This document shows positions 1 to 9,087 of a stretch of DNA of 64,000 bases, piece by piece. Under the pieces are notes generated by a model, which had not been told where the DNA came from, did not search any database, and saw nothing but the letters and a program-made list of their open reading frames with translations. The stretch comes from an uncultured Planctomycetaceae bacterium. Lineage in GTDB: Bacteria; Planctomycetota; Planctomycetia; Planctomycetales; Planctomycetaceae. The stretch lies in NCBI GenBank assembly GCA_963976765.1, contig CAXBME010000016.1, positions 62,001 through 126,000 on the forward strand, read 5' to 3'. The first letter of the stretch is position 1, and every line of letters begins with the position of its first letter. The position numbers were made by a program, and so were the translations under genes.

Positions 1-2727
1 TCGGCGGGCTACGCCGACGATCCCGCACGTACGATCTGGGCGTACCGTGATTATGTCATCCGTTCGTTGAATTCGAACAAGCCGTTCGACCAGTTCACTA
101 TCGAGCAGATTGCTGGCGACCTGTTGCCGACCCCGTCGGAAGACCAGCTCATCGCGACGGCGTTTCATCGAAATACGCTGACGAATAACGAAGGCGGAAC
201 CAACGACGAAGAGTTCCGCAACGTCGCGATTGTTGACCGGGTCAACACGACCTTCGCCGTCTGGATGGGAACGACGATGGCGTGTGCTCAATGCCACACT
301 CACAAGTTTGACCCGATTACTCAGGAAGAGTATTTCCGAGTCTTCGCCTTCTTTAACAGCACGGAAGACGCCGATCGTCGCGACGAAAGTCCGCTCTTCC
401 AGATCTACACGGACGAGCAGAAAGCCAATCGAGCGGCCTGGGAAACAGAATCAGCAGAGCTGAAAAAACTTCTCGCGACATCTACTCCCGCGTTGCTCGC
501 CTCTCAGGCAAAATGGGAAGAATGCCTGAGCGTGGCCCCGGAGTGGGCAGTTTTGAAACCGACTGAAGTGACGGCCAGTTCCGGAGCGGTTTTGACGCTA
601 CAGGACGACAGCTCAATCAAAGTGGCGAAGCAGGAGGCGAAGGTCGATACCTACACAGTCAATCTGCCAGCAAAGAGCGGCCGCCTGACAGCCCTTCAGC
701 TCGAAACTTTCCCCGGCAACAATTTTGTTATCTCTCGAATTTCAGCCGCGCTGATCCCGCCAAACGGGACTCGGCTGAACGGTCGCTATGTCCGCGTGAC
801 GATTCCGGGCAAGGACAGGATGCTGTCGCTGGCTGAGGTTCAGGTTTTCAGCGGAGCGGACAACGTCGCGGTTAAGGGTGAAGCCAGACAAAGCTCGACC
901 GACTTCGGCGGACCGGCTAACCTGGCAATCGATGGAAACACCAACGGCGACTACCAGAAGGCGAAGTCGACGACCCACACGGCGGTGTCAACAGATCCGT
1001 GGTGGGAGCTTGACCTGAAGTCCAGCCAGGCGATTGATCGGATTCAGCTCTGGAACCGCACCGACAACAACCTTCAGGTACGATTGTCGAATTTTGTCGT
1101 GCAGGTTTTCGATGAGAAGCACGAAGTAGTCTGGGAGCAGAAGGTTGCCGAACCGCCAAATCCCAGCGTCGAATACTCGCTCAGTTCAGCGAGGGGAATT
1201 CCGTTTGGTTCTGCCTTCGCCGATTACTCACAGTCGGGATTCTCGGCAGCAGACGCACTGAACAATTCAGACACGACGACCAAAGGCTGGGCGGTTGGCG
1301 GGCAGACCGACAGGAACCATCGGCTGACGCTGGTCGCGAAAAAGTCGGTCGACGTTCCCGACGGCTCGACGATTTCCGTCACGATCGAGCAGCTTTCAAA
1401 ATACGAAAACCACACGCTGTCTCACTTTCGGATCACGTCCAGCGATGACGAGCGTGTCCGGGAATTCGCCGACATTCCCAACGACAAACTGACCATCGTC
1501 ACGACTCCGGGCAGTGAGCGTTCGGGCGACCAGCGCAAGGCACTGACGGCATACTTCGTCGCGGAAGTCGCACCGGAACTTGCGAAAGAACGACGGCGGC
1601 TGGCGACTCTCGAAAAGCAACTGGCTGCTCTGAAGCCGGCGACATCGGTACCCGTCATGAAAGATTTGCCTGCTGACAAACGCCGAGTCACGAAGATCCA
1701 GATTCGTGGCAACTTTCAGCAGACCAGCGAGGAAGTTTCGGAAGGTGTCCCGGCAGCCTTTCATCCTCTGCCCGACGATCTGCCGCCAAACCGACTGGCT
1801 TTAGCGAAGTGGCTGATCGATGAAAGAAATCCGCTGACTGCGCGAGTCGTCGCCAACAGATACTGGGAAGCAATCTTTGGCATCGGCATTGTCAGTACGA
1901 GTGAAGAATTTGGCTCGCAGGGAGAGTTGCCGGTGCATCCGGAACTGCTCGACTGGCTGGCCACGGAACTGGTCGACAGCAACTGGAACATCAAACATCT
2001 GGTCAAACTACTGGTGACTTCATCTTCGTACCGACAATCGTCGCGAGTGACCGATGAGCTGATCGCTCACGATCCTCAGAATCGCCTGCTCGCGCGAGGG
2101 CCTCGCTTCCGGTTGTCAGCCGAGATGATTCGTGACCAGGCGCTGAGCGTCAGCGGCCTGCTGGCTCAGAAACTTTACGGGCCGCCGGTTCGACCTCTTC
2201 AGCCGAGTCAGGGAGTCAATGCGGCGTTCGGCAGCGCCATTGACTGGAAAACCAGCGAAGGCGACGACAGGTTCCGGCGAGGTCTTTACACAACCTGGCG
2301 ACGTTCCAACCCTTACCCATCAATGATGGCTTTTGACGCCGTGAATCGCGAAGTCTGCACCGTGCGACGAGATCGGACCAACACTCCGCTCCAGGCTCTG
2401 GTGACGCTTAACGATCCCGTCTATGTCGAAGCCGCGCAGGCTCTGGCAAGACGCATTGCAGCCCATGAAGGCTCGACGGCTGAACGAGTCGGTTATGGGT
2501 TCCAACTGGCAACTGCACGGTCGCCCGAAGCGTTTGAGCAAACTCGTCTCGTTAAACTCTTCGAAGTCGTCAAAGCGAAGTACGCCGAAAACTCCGAAGC
2601 GGCGACTGCCATTGCCACAATGCCTTTGGGGCCGGCGCCCGAAGGAATGGAAGTCGTCGATCTGGCTGCGTGGACCGTCGTCAGCAACGTGCTGCTGAAC
2701 CTCGATGAAATGTTTATGAAGCGGTGA
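1..2727 (+). CDS. PSD1/DUF1549-DUF1553 planctomycete cytochrome c-like protein with F5/8 type C (discoidin) insertion; 5' end outside window
   Basis: Frame 1 is open from base 1 (SAGYADDPARTIWAYRDYVIRSLN). Motifs: CAQCHTHKFDP, LAEVQVF...AIDGN...PWWELDL (F5/8C), NPLTARVVANRYW, HPELLDWLA, TNTPLQAL. Confidence 0.9.
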   Translation, partial: SAGYADDPARTIWAYRDYVIRSLNSNKPFDQFTIEQIAGDLLPTPSEDQLIATAFHRNTLTNNEGGTNDEEFRNVAIVDRVNTTFAVWMGTTMACAQCHTHKFDPITQEEYFRVFAFFNSTEDADRRDESPLFQIYTDEQKANRAAWETESAELKKLLATSTPALLASQAKWEECLSVAPEWAVLKPTEVTASSGAVLTLQDDSSIKVAKQEAKVDTYTVNLPAKSGRLTALQLETFPGNNFVISRISAALIPPNGTRLNGRYVRVTIPGKDRMLSLAEVQVFSGADNVAVKGEARQSSTDFGGPANLAIDGNTNGDYQKAKSTTHTAVSTDPWWELDLKSSQAIDRIQLWNRTDNNLQVRLSNFVVQVFDEKHEVVWEQKVAEPPNPSVEYSLSSARGIPFGSAFADYSQSGFSAADALNNSDTTTKGWAVGGQTDRNHRLTLVAKKSVDVPDGSTISVTIEQLSKYENHTLSHFRITSSDDERVREFADIPNDKLTIVTTPGSERSGDQRKALTAYFVAEVAPELAKERRRLATLEKQLAALKPATSVPVMKDLPADKRRVTKIQIRGNFQQTSEEVSEGVPAAFHPLPDDLPPNRLALAKWLIDERNPLTARVVANRYWEAIFGIGIVSTSEEFGSQGELPVHPELLDWLATELVDSNWNIKHLVKLLVTSSSYRQSSRVTDELIAHDPQNRLLARGPRFRLSAEMIRDQALSVSGLLAQKLYGPPVRPLQPSQGVNAAFGSAIDWKTSEGDDRFRRGLYTTWRRSNPYPSMMAFDAVNREVCTVRRDRTNTPLQALVTLNDPVYVEAAQALARRIAAHEGSTAERVGYGFQLATARSPEAFEQTRLVKLFEVVKAKYAENSEAATAIATMPLGPAPEGMEVVDLAAWTVVSNVLLNLDEMFMKR

Positions 2728-2781
2728 CCCGAACAGGTCTCGATCAACCCAACTCTGTCAGTGATCAAACCGGACTCTGCC

Positions 2782-4230
2782 ATGAACCCGTTTACTCAAC
2801 GAATCCAGAATCTGACCCGCCGCCACTTTCTGCGAGACTCGAACATCGCACTCGGAGGCATGGCCCTTTCGGCAATGGCCGGAAACAGTGCCAGCGCCCG
2901 GCCAAAAGTCATCAACCCACTCGAACCGAAGAAGGGGCACCACGAGCCGAAGGCCAAACGAGTCATCTACCTGCACATGACCGGTTCGCCGCCAAACCTG
3001 GACCTGTGGGATTACAAGCCGGAACTCATCAAACGCACAGATGAAGACTGTCCTGCCGAGTTTCTGGAAGGCCGCCGTTTTGCCTTCACGTCGGGCGTGC
3101 CAAAGCTGCTGGGAACTCCCCGAAAATTTCCGCAGGTTGGCAAAGCTGGACTGCGAATGTCAGACGCCGTTCCTCACCTGCACAAAGTCGCCGACGAAAT
3201 GTGCCTGGTTCATTCGATGAACACCGACCAGTTCAACCACGCTCCGGCTGAACTCTTGATTTACACCGGTTCGCCACGATCCGGTCGGCCGTCGATGGGA
3301 GCATGGGCGACATACGGACTCGGTTCAGAAAATGCCGACCTGCCTGGATTCGTTGTGCTGATTTCGAGCGGCGTTCAGCCTAACGGCGGTAAGAATTCGT
3401 TTGGCAGTGGCTTTCTGCCGAGTGTTTACCAAGGCGTTCAATGCCGCTCGAAAGGCGACCCGGTGCTTTACGCGTCAGACCCCAAAGGTATGGACCGTGA
3501 GATGCGACGTCTCAGTCTGGACGCTTTGCGGGATTTGAACGAAGTTCAGGCCGACAAGCTCGGTCATCCCGAAACACTGACCAGAATCGCTCAGTACGAG
3601 CTTGCTTACCGGATGCAGGTTTCAGTTCCGGAAGTCATGGACATCACCAAGGAACCGAAGCACGTTCTGGATGCTTACGGTGCTGAGCCTGGCGCATCCA
3701 GCCTGGCGAATAACTGCCTGCTCGCTCGGCGACTGGTCGAACAGGGAGTTCGTTTCGTGCAGCTTTTCGACTGGGGCTGGGACTTCCACGGCACCAGCGA
3801 AGGAAGTGGACTGACCTCAGGCCTGACCAACAAGTGCGCGACGATGGACAAACCAGTCGCTGCACTGATCGCCGACCTTAAACAACGAGGAATGCTGGAA
3901 GACACTCTGATCGTCTGGGGCGGCGAGTTTGGTCGTACGCCGTTCCGCGAAGGCCGGACGGCCAAAAGCAAGGTGCTCGGTCGCGACCACTACCCCGACT
4001 GTTTCACGATGTGGATGGCTGGCGGCGGTGTCAAAGGTGGCTTTGAATACGGGCAGACCGACGAACTTGGTTTCGGAGTCGTCGAAAACAAAGTCCACAT
4101 CCACGACCTTCAGGCCACCATTCTGCACCTGCTTGGCATGGACCATTTGAAGACGACATACCGCTTTCAGGGCCGCGACTACCGTTTGACCGACGTGCAT
4201 GGCGACGTCGTGCACGAACTGATTGCGTAA
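2782..4230 (+). CDS. DUF1501 domain protein
   Basis: TRRHFL Tat-like motif, AKRVIYLHMTG, CLLARRLVEQGVRFVQ, GEFGRTP, GRDH, IHDLQATILHLLG. ATG 2782 preferred over GTG 2761. Confidence 0.92.
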   Translation: MNPFTQRIQNLTRRHFLRDSNIALGGMALSAMAGNSASARPKVINPLEPKKGHHEPKAKRVIYLHMTGSPPNLDLWDYKPELIKRTDEDCPAEFLEGRRFAFTSGVPKLLGTPRKFPQVGKAGLRMSDAVPHLHKVADEMCLVHSMNTDQFNHAPAELLIYTGSPRSGRPSMGAWATYGLGSENADLPGFVVLISSGVQPNGGKNSFGSGFLPSVYQGVQCRSKGDPVLYASDPKGMDREMRRLSLDALRDLNEVQADKLGHPETLTRIAQYELAYRMQVSVPEVMDITKEPKHVLDAYGAEPGASSLANNCLLARRLVEQGVRFVQLFDWGWDFHGTSEGSGLTSGLTNKCATMDKPVAALIADLKQRGMLEDTLIVWGGEFGRTPFREGRTAKSKVLGRDHYPDCFTMWMAGGGVKGGFEYGQTDELGFGVVENKVHIHDLQATILHLLGMDHLKTTYRFQGRDYRLTDVHGDVVHELIA

Positions 4231-4305
4231 GCGTTTTACTGATCATTGTCATCATGATGAATTCGGAACACTGATAGGGTCTCTGTTTTGTGAGTTCGAC
4301 AAACC

Positions 4306-5661
4306 ATGTTTCGAATTTTTCTTCTTACATTGCTGATTGGTTTCTCAGTCCAGGTGGCTGCCGCTCAGCCTCCGAACATCGTCTTCATTCTCGCCGACGA
4401 TCTTGGCTATGGGGATCTCGGTTGTTTCGGTCAAAGCACGCTGAAGACGCCCAACCTGGACCGAATGGCCAGCGAAGGAATGAAGCTGACTCGGCACTAC
4501 GCCGGTTCAACCGTGTGTGCCCCTTCTCGCTGCGTTTTTCTGACAGGCAAACACGTTGGACATGGAACCGTACGAGGAAACGGGCCGGGGATTCTCAGCT
4601 CGGACGACATGCTGATTTCAGACGCCCTGAAGAAAGCCGGTTATGCAACAGGCTGCTCGGGCAAGTGGGGAGTTGGAAATCCCCCTCCCCTGGACGATCC
4701 CAACCAGCATGGCTTCGACCATTTCTACGGTTACGTGAGCATGTGGCACGCTCACAATTTCTATCCCGAATTCCTGATTCTGAATGGGAAGAAGTCGCTG
4801 CTTCGAAACGAAGTTCCAGCACAGTGGAAAACCGGCGACGGTCGCGGAGTCGCCACAAAGAAAGTCGACTACGCCCCGGACCTGATTGCTCAGGACGCTT
4901 TGAACTTCGTCGAGAAACACAAAGACCGTCCGTTCTTTCTTTACTGGGCGATGAACGTCCCTCACGCAAATAACGAAGCCCGCAACAAGGGCATGGAAGT
5001 TCCGAGCTGGGGCGAGTTCGAAAGCGTCGACTGGCCAGAGCCAGAGAAAGGCTTCGCGTCGATGATCCGAAACATCGATCGAGATGTCGGCCGAATGCTG
5101 GCTCATCTGAAAGAGCTCGGGCTGGACGAAGACACCATCGTCATTTTCAGCAGCGACAACGGACCTCACCAGGAGGGCGGCCACAAGGCCGACTTCTTCA
5201 ACTCGAACGGCGATCTGCGAGGAAACAAGCGGGATCTTTACGAAGGCGGTGTGCGAGTCCCCACAATCGTCCGCTGGCCGGGCCACGTCGCCAGAAGTTC
5301 CGAATCGGATATCCACTCTGGATTTCAGGACTGGTTTGCGACGTTTACAGATCTTGCCGGAGTCGACGCAAATCCTCAGGACGGCATCTCTCTGCGGCCA
5401 GTATTAATGGGAAAAGGAAAGCAGAAGACGCACCCTCATCTCTACTGGGAGTTTCTCGAACAGGGCGGCAAGCAGGCCGTCCTGAAGGGTCACTGGAAGG
5501 CTGTTCGAGTCAACTGGAATGCCATTCCAGACGGCCCCATCGAACTGTACGACCTTTCCAAAGACGAAAGCGAGCAGACGAACATCGCGTCGTCACACCC
5601 GGATGTTGTCGTCGAGATGGCCGACATCATGAAACGCGAACATCGGCCTTTGAGCGATTGA
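4306..5661 (+). CDS. arylsulfatase (Cys-type)
   Basis: Signal peptide, PNIVFILADDLG, CAPSRCVFLTG (CxPxR), GKWG, SSDNG, YEGGVRVP. Confidence 0.93.
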   Translation: MFRIFLLTLLIGFSVQVAAAQPPNIVFILADDLGYGDLGCFGQSTLKTPNLDRMASEGMKLTRHYAGSTVCAPSRCVFLTGKHVGHGTVRGNGPGILSSDDMLISDALKKAGYATGCSGKWGVGNPPPLDDPNQHGFDHFYGYVSMWHAHNFYPEFLILNGKKSLLRNEVPAQWKTGDGRGVATKKVDYAPDLIAQDALNFVEKHKDRPFFLYWAMNVPHANNEARNKGMEVPSWGEFESVDWPEPEKGFASMIRNIDRDVGRMLAHLKELGLDEDTIVIFSSDNGPHQEGGHKADFFNSNGDLRGNKRDLYEGGVRVPTIVRWPGHVARSSESDIHSGFQDWFATFTDLAGVDANPQDGISLRPVLMGKGKQKTHPHLYWEFLEQGGKQAVLKGHWKAVRVNWNAIPDGPIELYDLSKDESEQTNIASSHPDVVVEMADIMKREHRPLSD

Positions 5662-5675
5662 TCGCCCGGTTGAAG

Positions 5676-5873
5676 TCACGCGTTCTCGTCCTCTCTCGCT
5701 TCGGATTCCTGACAGACGTCAACAGCATCATTCGAGGGTCGCGCTGTCTGAAGATACTTACGGAGGTCATAGAGCGAGCTGACCATGTCCAGCCGCGCGT
5801 CAATTGCCTCGGGCGACATGTCGACTTTACTGGTGTGCTCGTCGGAGCCCGATGCCTCACTCAGTGGCTTCAT
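5676..5873 (-). CDS. small hypothetical protein, putative partner of the upstream nucleotidyltransferase
   Basis: VDMSPEAIDARLDMVSSLYDLRKYL. ATG at 5873 overlaps the end of the upstream pseudogene. Confidence 0.55.
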   Translation of the reverse strand: MKPLSEASGSDEHTSKVDMSPEAIDARLDMVSSLYDLRKYLQTARPSNDAVDVCQESEAREDENA

Positions 5874-6095
5874 CAAGCTACTCCAGATCAATCAGATCCT
5901 GCGCGCGGTTGCTGATCTTTTTCATTGTCCGCAATCCGTCTCGCGAACTAGAAGATCGAGGTCTTGAGTGAATCGCGGGTAACCATGCGTGGCCAGCGCC
6001 ATTCCACCACACAATGCGTATGGAATCTTCGCTTGCTTGAGAGACTCAATCAGTTGATCTAATTCCGCACGAAGATCTATCAGAGAATTTCTCAA
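5857..6095 (-). pseudogene. nucleotidyltransferase (AbiEii/DUF6036-like) pseudogene with internal deletion, frameshift and amber stop
   Basis: 6095-5922 reads LIDLRAELDQLIESLKQAKIPYALCGGMALATHGYPRFTQDLDLLV. A shifted frame continues SRDGLRTMKKISNRAQDLIDLE*LDEATE. These are the N-terminal GGxA..G..R.T.D.D motif and the C-terminal K...R.QD..D motif with the middle missing. Confidence 0.75.
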
Positions 6096-6121
6096 TCACA
6101 ATTTCTGAACTTACGAACCAG

Positions 6122-7465
6122 TCAGTCCAATTGTCGTTCCGACTCGGGAATGTGGATCACCGTCAGAGCGCACGTGTCGAATGGGTATTTTCCTCGTTTG
6201 TCGGCGCCGCTTCGGTTTCCGTTCCAGGTGATGAAGAGACGCGAGCCATCTGGACTAACGGCTGAGCCAAACGTACCGAGTGTCACATAGCCAGATTGTT
6301 CCCGAAGCAGAGGCTGCAGAAACGCGATAACCTTCTTCGTTCTATGCTTTGTGTCAAACTGAACAATCGGAGAGCCGTCATTCTGGCTGCCGCCGTGGGC
6401 TCCGGGAATGTAGTACACGAAGCGGCCGGTCGGGTCGGCATCAATGCTGGCGGTGTAAGTCAACGACGCAACGGCCAGTTCGCCGAGGTCGGTGATTGCT
6501 TCGGTCTGCGTGTTGAATCTCCAGAGATGACCATCGGACTTGCCCAACGTGTAGACCATTCCGTCTGGCGTTTCCTGAGTCGCCGCTCGAAGGCCAATCG
6601 AGCCCGCAATTGCTTGAGGCGGATTGCCGGATGCCGGGTCGTAGCGCATCAGTTTGTCAGTAACTTCGTTCATGTAGTAAACCCGCCCGGTCGAACGAGC
6701 GAGGATCAGATAGCGGGCCGGTCCACCAGTTGCTGTATGCAGGACTTTTCGCCGGGCGATGTCGTAAGCAAAGAACGTGACCGTTTTGTCCTTCGGGTCT
6801 CCAGCCGACGTTCCTCCGTAAAAGATCATCCGATCCGGGTCCAGCACGCTGGTTGGAATGCACGCTTTCGGGACAGGACCGTGGGCGACGACTTCAGTTC
6901 TTCCCGACTCGGGATGAGTTCGCAGAAGCCAGTCACCTTTGTAGTGATACTCGTCTGTCGTCACGCGAGTGGAGCCGCGATGCGTCGAGTAGTACAGCCA
7001 GCCGTCACTGCCGAGGTCAATGCGGCTGTGAATCTTGCCCGGCATGTAATGTCCGTCGGGCAGGTTGATCGTCGTTGCCGTGCTGGCCAGCGTGCGGATG
7101 CGGGATGTCTTCAAGTCGTACTCAAAAACGAACGCGTTTCCCTGAGGAGCCAGGTGATCACCGATGGCCGAAAAATACTTCGTCCCAACGGCGAGCCCGT
7201 CGCCCCAGACACTCCACGGATGACCTTCGTAGTTCTGCTCCGGGTAATAGAGCAGATCAACTTTGGGAGCCGTTACTGCAATGCCGACGTCTCCGCGTAA
7301 CCCAGGTTGCGGCTTCAACAGCTCCGCCGATTCAACGGAGACAATTGACTGACCGCCAGGTAACTGCGGTGGCCACGAGAGTTCTTCAATCTGTCCCAAA
7401 ACACATTGTTCGAACGCGACCAAAGTCAGGATGCCGACCGCGACGCACCACGTTGAGCGAACCAT
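6122..7465 (-). CDS. secreted beta-propeller hypothetical protein
   Basis: 447 aa ORF with GGAGGT RBS, signal peptide and repeated YD/GxxY blade-like motifs. Confidence 0.75.
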   Translation of the reverse strand: MVRSTWCVAVGILTLVAFEQCVLGQIEELSWPPQLPGGQSIVSVESAELLKPQPGLRGDVGIAVTAPKVDLLYYPEQNYEGHPWSVWGDGLAVGTKYFSAIGDHLAPQGNAFVFEYDLKTSRIRTLASTATTINLPDGHYMPGKIHSRIDLGSDGWLYYSTHRGSTRVTTDEYHYKGDWLLRTHPESGRTEVVAHGPVPKACIPTSVLDPDRMIFYGGTSAGDPKDKTVTFFAYDIARRKVLHTATGGPARYLILARSTGRVYYMNEVTDKLMRYDPASGNPPQAIAGSIGLRAATQETPDGMVYTLGKSDGHLWRFNTQTEAITDLGELAVASLTYTASIDADPTGRFVYYIPGAHGGSQNDGSPIVQFDTKHRTKKVIAFLQPLLREQSGYVTLGTFGSAVSPDGSRLFITWNGNRSGADKRGKYPFDTCALTVIHIPESERQLD

Positions 7466-7520
7466 TCCGAAGACCTCCAGAAGTCAAGATGTTGCCAGCT
7501 CACTCGTTCGAAAAGACGTC

Positions 7521-8735
7521 TCAGCAGCAGTCTCCGCTGGGGCTGCAGCAGTCTTCCGAAGGCAGGATGGTGAGACTGAGCGTTCCGCCTTTTGTGTCTT
7601 TCGGGTCACGGATCGCCATCCGACGACAGTCAAACTGTGCGGCCTGATCGAGCGGGATGTTTTCGGCAGGTGGCAGAGGTGTGATCTGACCTCCGTACGG
7701 ATCGCTTGTGTAAATGTTGAACGTCTTATCGCAGACGGCCATCCGTTCGCCTCGATTCAGACGATGCCCGTCGTCATCAATGACTGCCTTCCACGGGCCG
7801 TTGTAAACGACGGCCTGATTGCGGTCGAGACACGGGCCTTCCTTACCCTTCCAGGCTCGAACCGTCATGCTGCGGAATTCGATACCATCGACGACAGCCC
7901 ACGGCTCTTCCTGCCGTTTGACGATTTCGACGCCGTAGAAACCCGCATCCTCAAAGGCCTTCAGAAAGAGATCTTCGCGGAACGCGCCGCTCATGCAGCC
8001 GCTCCAGAGCCGGGCGTCATTTCGCAGCGATTCCGGAACATCTTCGTCGGACACAATGTCGCTGATGACCGCACGACCGCCTCGGCGCAGCGTGCGGAAC
8101 ATCTCTGCAAAGAGCTGACGGCGATCTTCTTCGCGAACCAGGTTCAAAACACAGTTTGAGACAATGACGTCAACGCTGTCGGATTCGACCAGCGGTCGGG
8201 TATCTCGCAGGTTCTGCGCCCGAGTTTCCATTTCCAGCCAGTCGGTACTTGTCTGAACTGGTCGATTGGCAAGTTGTTCGTCCAGCAGTTCCAGGTTCAG
8301 TTTCAAGTCCTGAATCTTTCCTTTGCGGAAGTCGACGTTGTCATAGCCAAGTTTCTCTGACATCTCAGGTTGATACTGCCGGGCCAGGCCAAGCATGTCG
8401 TCGTTGCAGTCGACGCCAATGACCTTACCTTCTGCACCGACGACCTGCGCGGCGATGTAGCAAATCTTGCCACCGCCAGATCCGAGATCCAGAACAGTGT
8501 CGCCGGGGTTCACAAACTGAGACGGATCACCGCAGCCATAATCTCGTTCGATGATCTCTTCGGGAATGGCTTCCAGATATTTGCGGTCGTATTCAACCGG
8601 GCAACAGAGTGCCGCTTCTTTTTCCTGAGCCGCTGCGCTGTATCTGTCTCGAACCGCTGCTTCAACATTCAATGGCGCATTGGAAGTTGGTGAATCGGAG
8701 GCAGTCTTTGCCGAAATAGCTGTCACCTGAGTCAC
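7521..8735 (-). CDS. arsM: ArsM-like (arsenite) SAM-dependent methyltransferase
   Basis: VLDLGSGGG SAM motif. Cys motifs LCCP, YGCG, SNCVLNL and WSGCMSGA match ArsM/AS3MT catalytic cysteines. Cys-rich C-terminal tail. Confidence 0.7.
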   Translation of the reverse strand: MTQVTAISAKTASDSPTSNAPLNVEAAVRDRYSAAAQEKEAALCCPVEYDRKYLEAIPEEIIERDYGCGDPSQFVNPGDTVLDLGSGGGKICYIAAQVVGAEGKVIGVDCNDDMLGLARQYQPEMSEKLGYDNVDFRKGKIQDLKLNLELLDEQLANRPVQTSTDWLEMETRAQNLRDTRPLVESDSVDVIVSNCVLNLVREEDRRQLFAEMFRTLRRGGRAVISDIVSDEDVPESLRNDARLWSGCMSGAFREDLFLKAFEDAGFYGVEIVKRQEEPWAVVDGIEFRSMTVRAWKGKEGPCLDRNQAVVYNGPWKAVIDDDGHRLNRGERMAVCDKTFNIYTSDPYGGQITPLPPAENIPLDQAAQFDCRRMAIRDPKDTKGGTLSLTILPSEDCCSPSGDCC

Positions 8736-9087
8736 TCCGTAACTGTGGCAGAATTTGAAAACGCAAGCTCCTGCAGCAGCCGGAGCACTGATGGTCGCAA
8801 GCTTTGCAGGTCGTGCAAACTCCGTCTGTGCAAAGACTCACCGACCAACACCAATATCAGCGTATGAGATGCAGAATTCTATGAGTGCCCAAATTGAGCG
8901 TCAACGAGCGACAGAAACCGCCGTTCACGATGGGCCGTTATTTCGCAGCCTCAAGCTGATGCTTAATCGCTGTCGCGGCCATGCCTGATTAGAACCGCGA
9001 AGCATTCTCCGATAGTCTGACGACTCGATGCATCCGTTACTTACCGCCTGATTTCTCCTTGTTTTGAAATTTCCGAAGAGTTCCTCC

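Noticed and set aside
8736..9060. Possible riboswitch upstream of the methyltransferase
   Set aside because: No SAM, SAH or other consensus could be matched by eye; an Rfam scan is needed.
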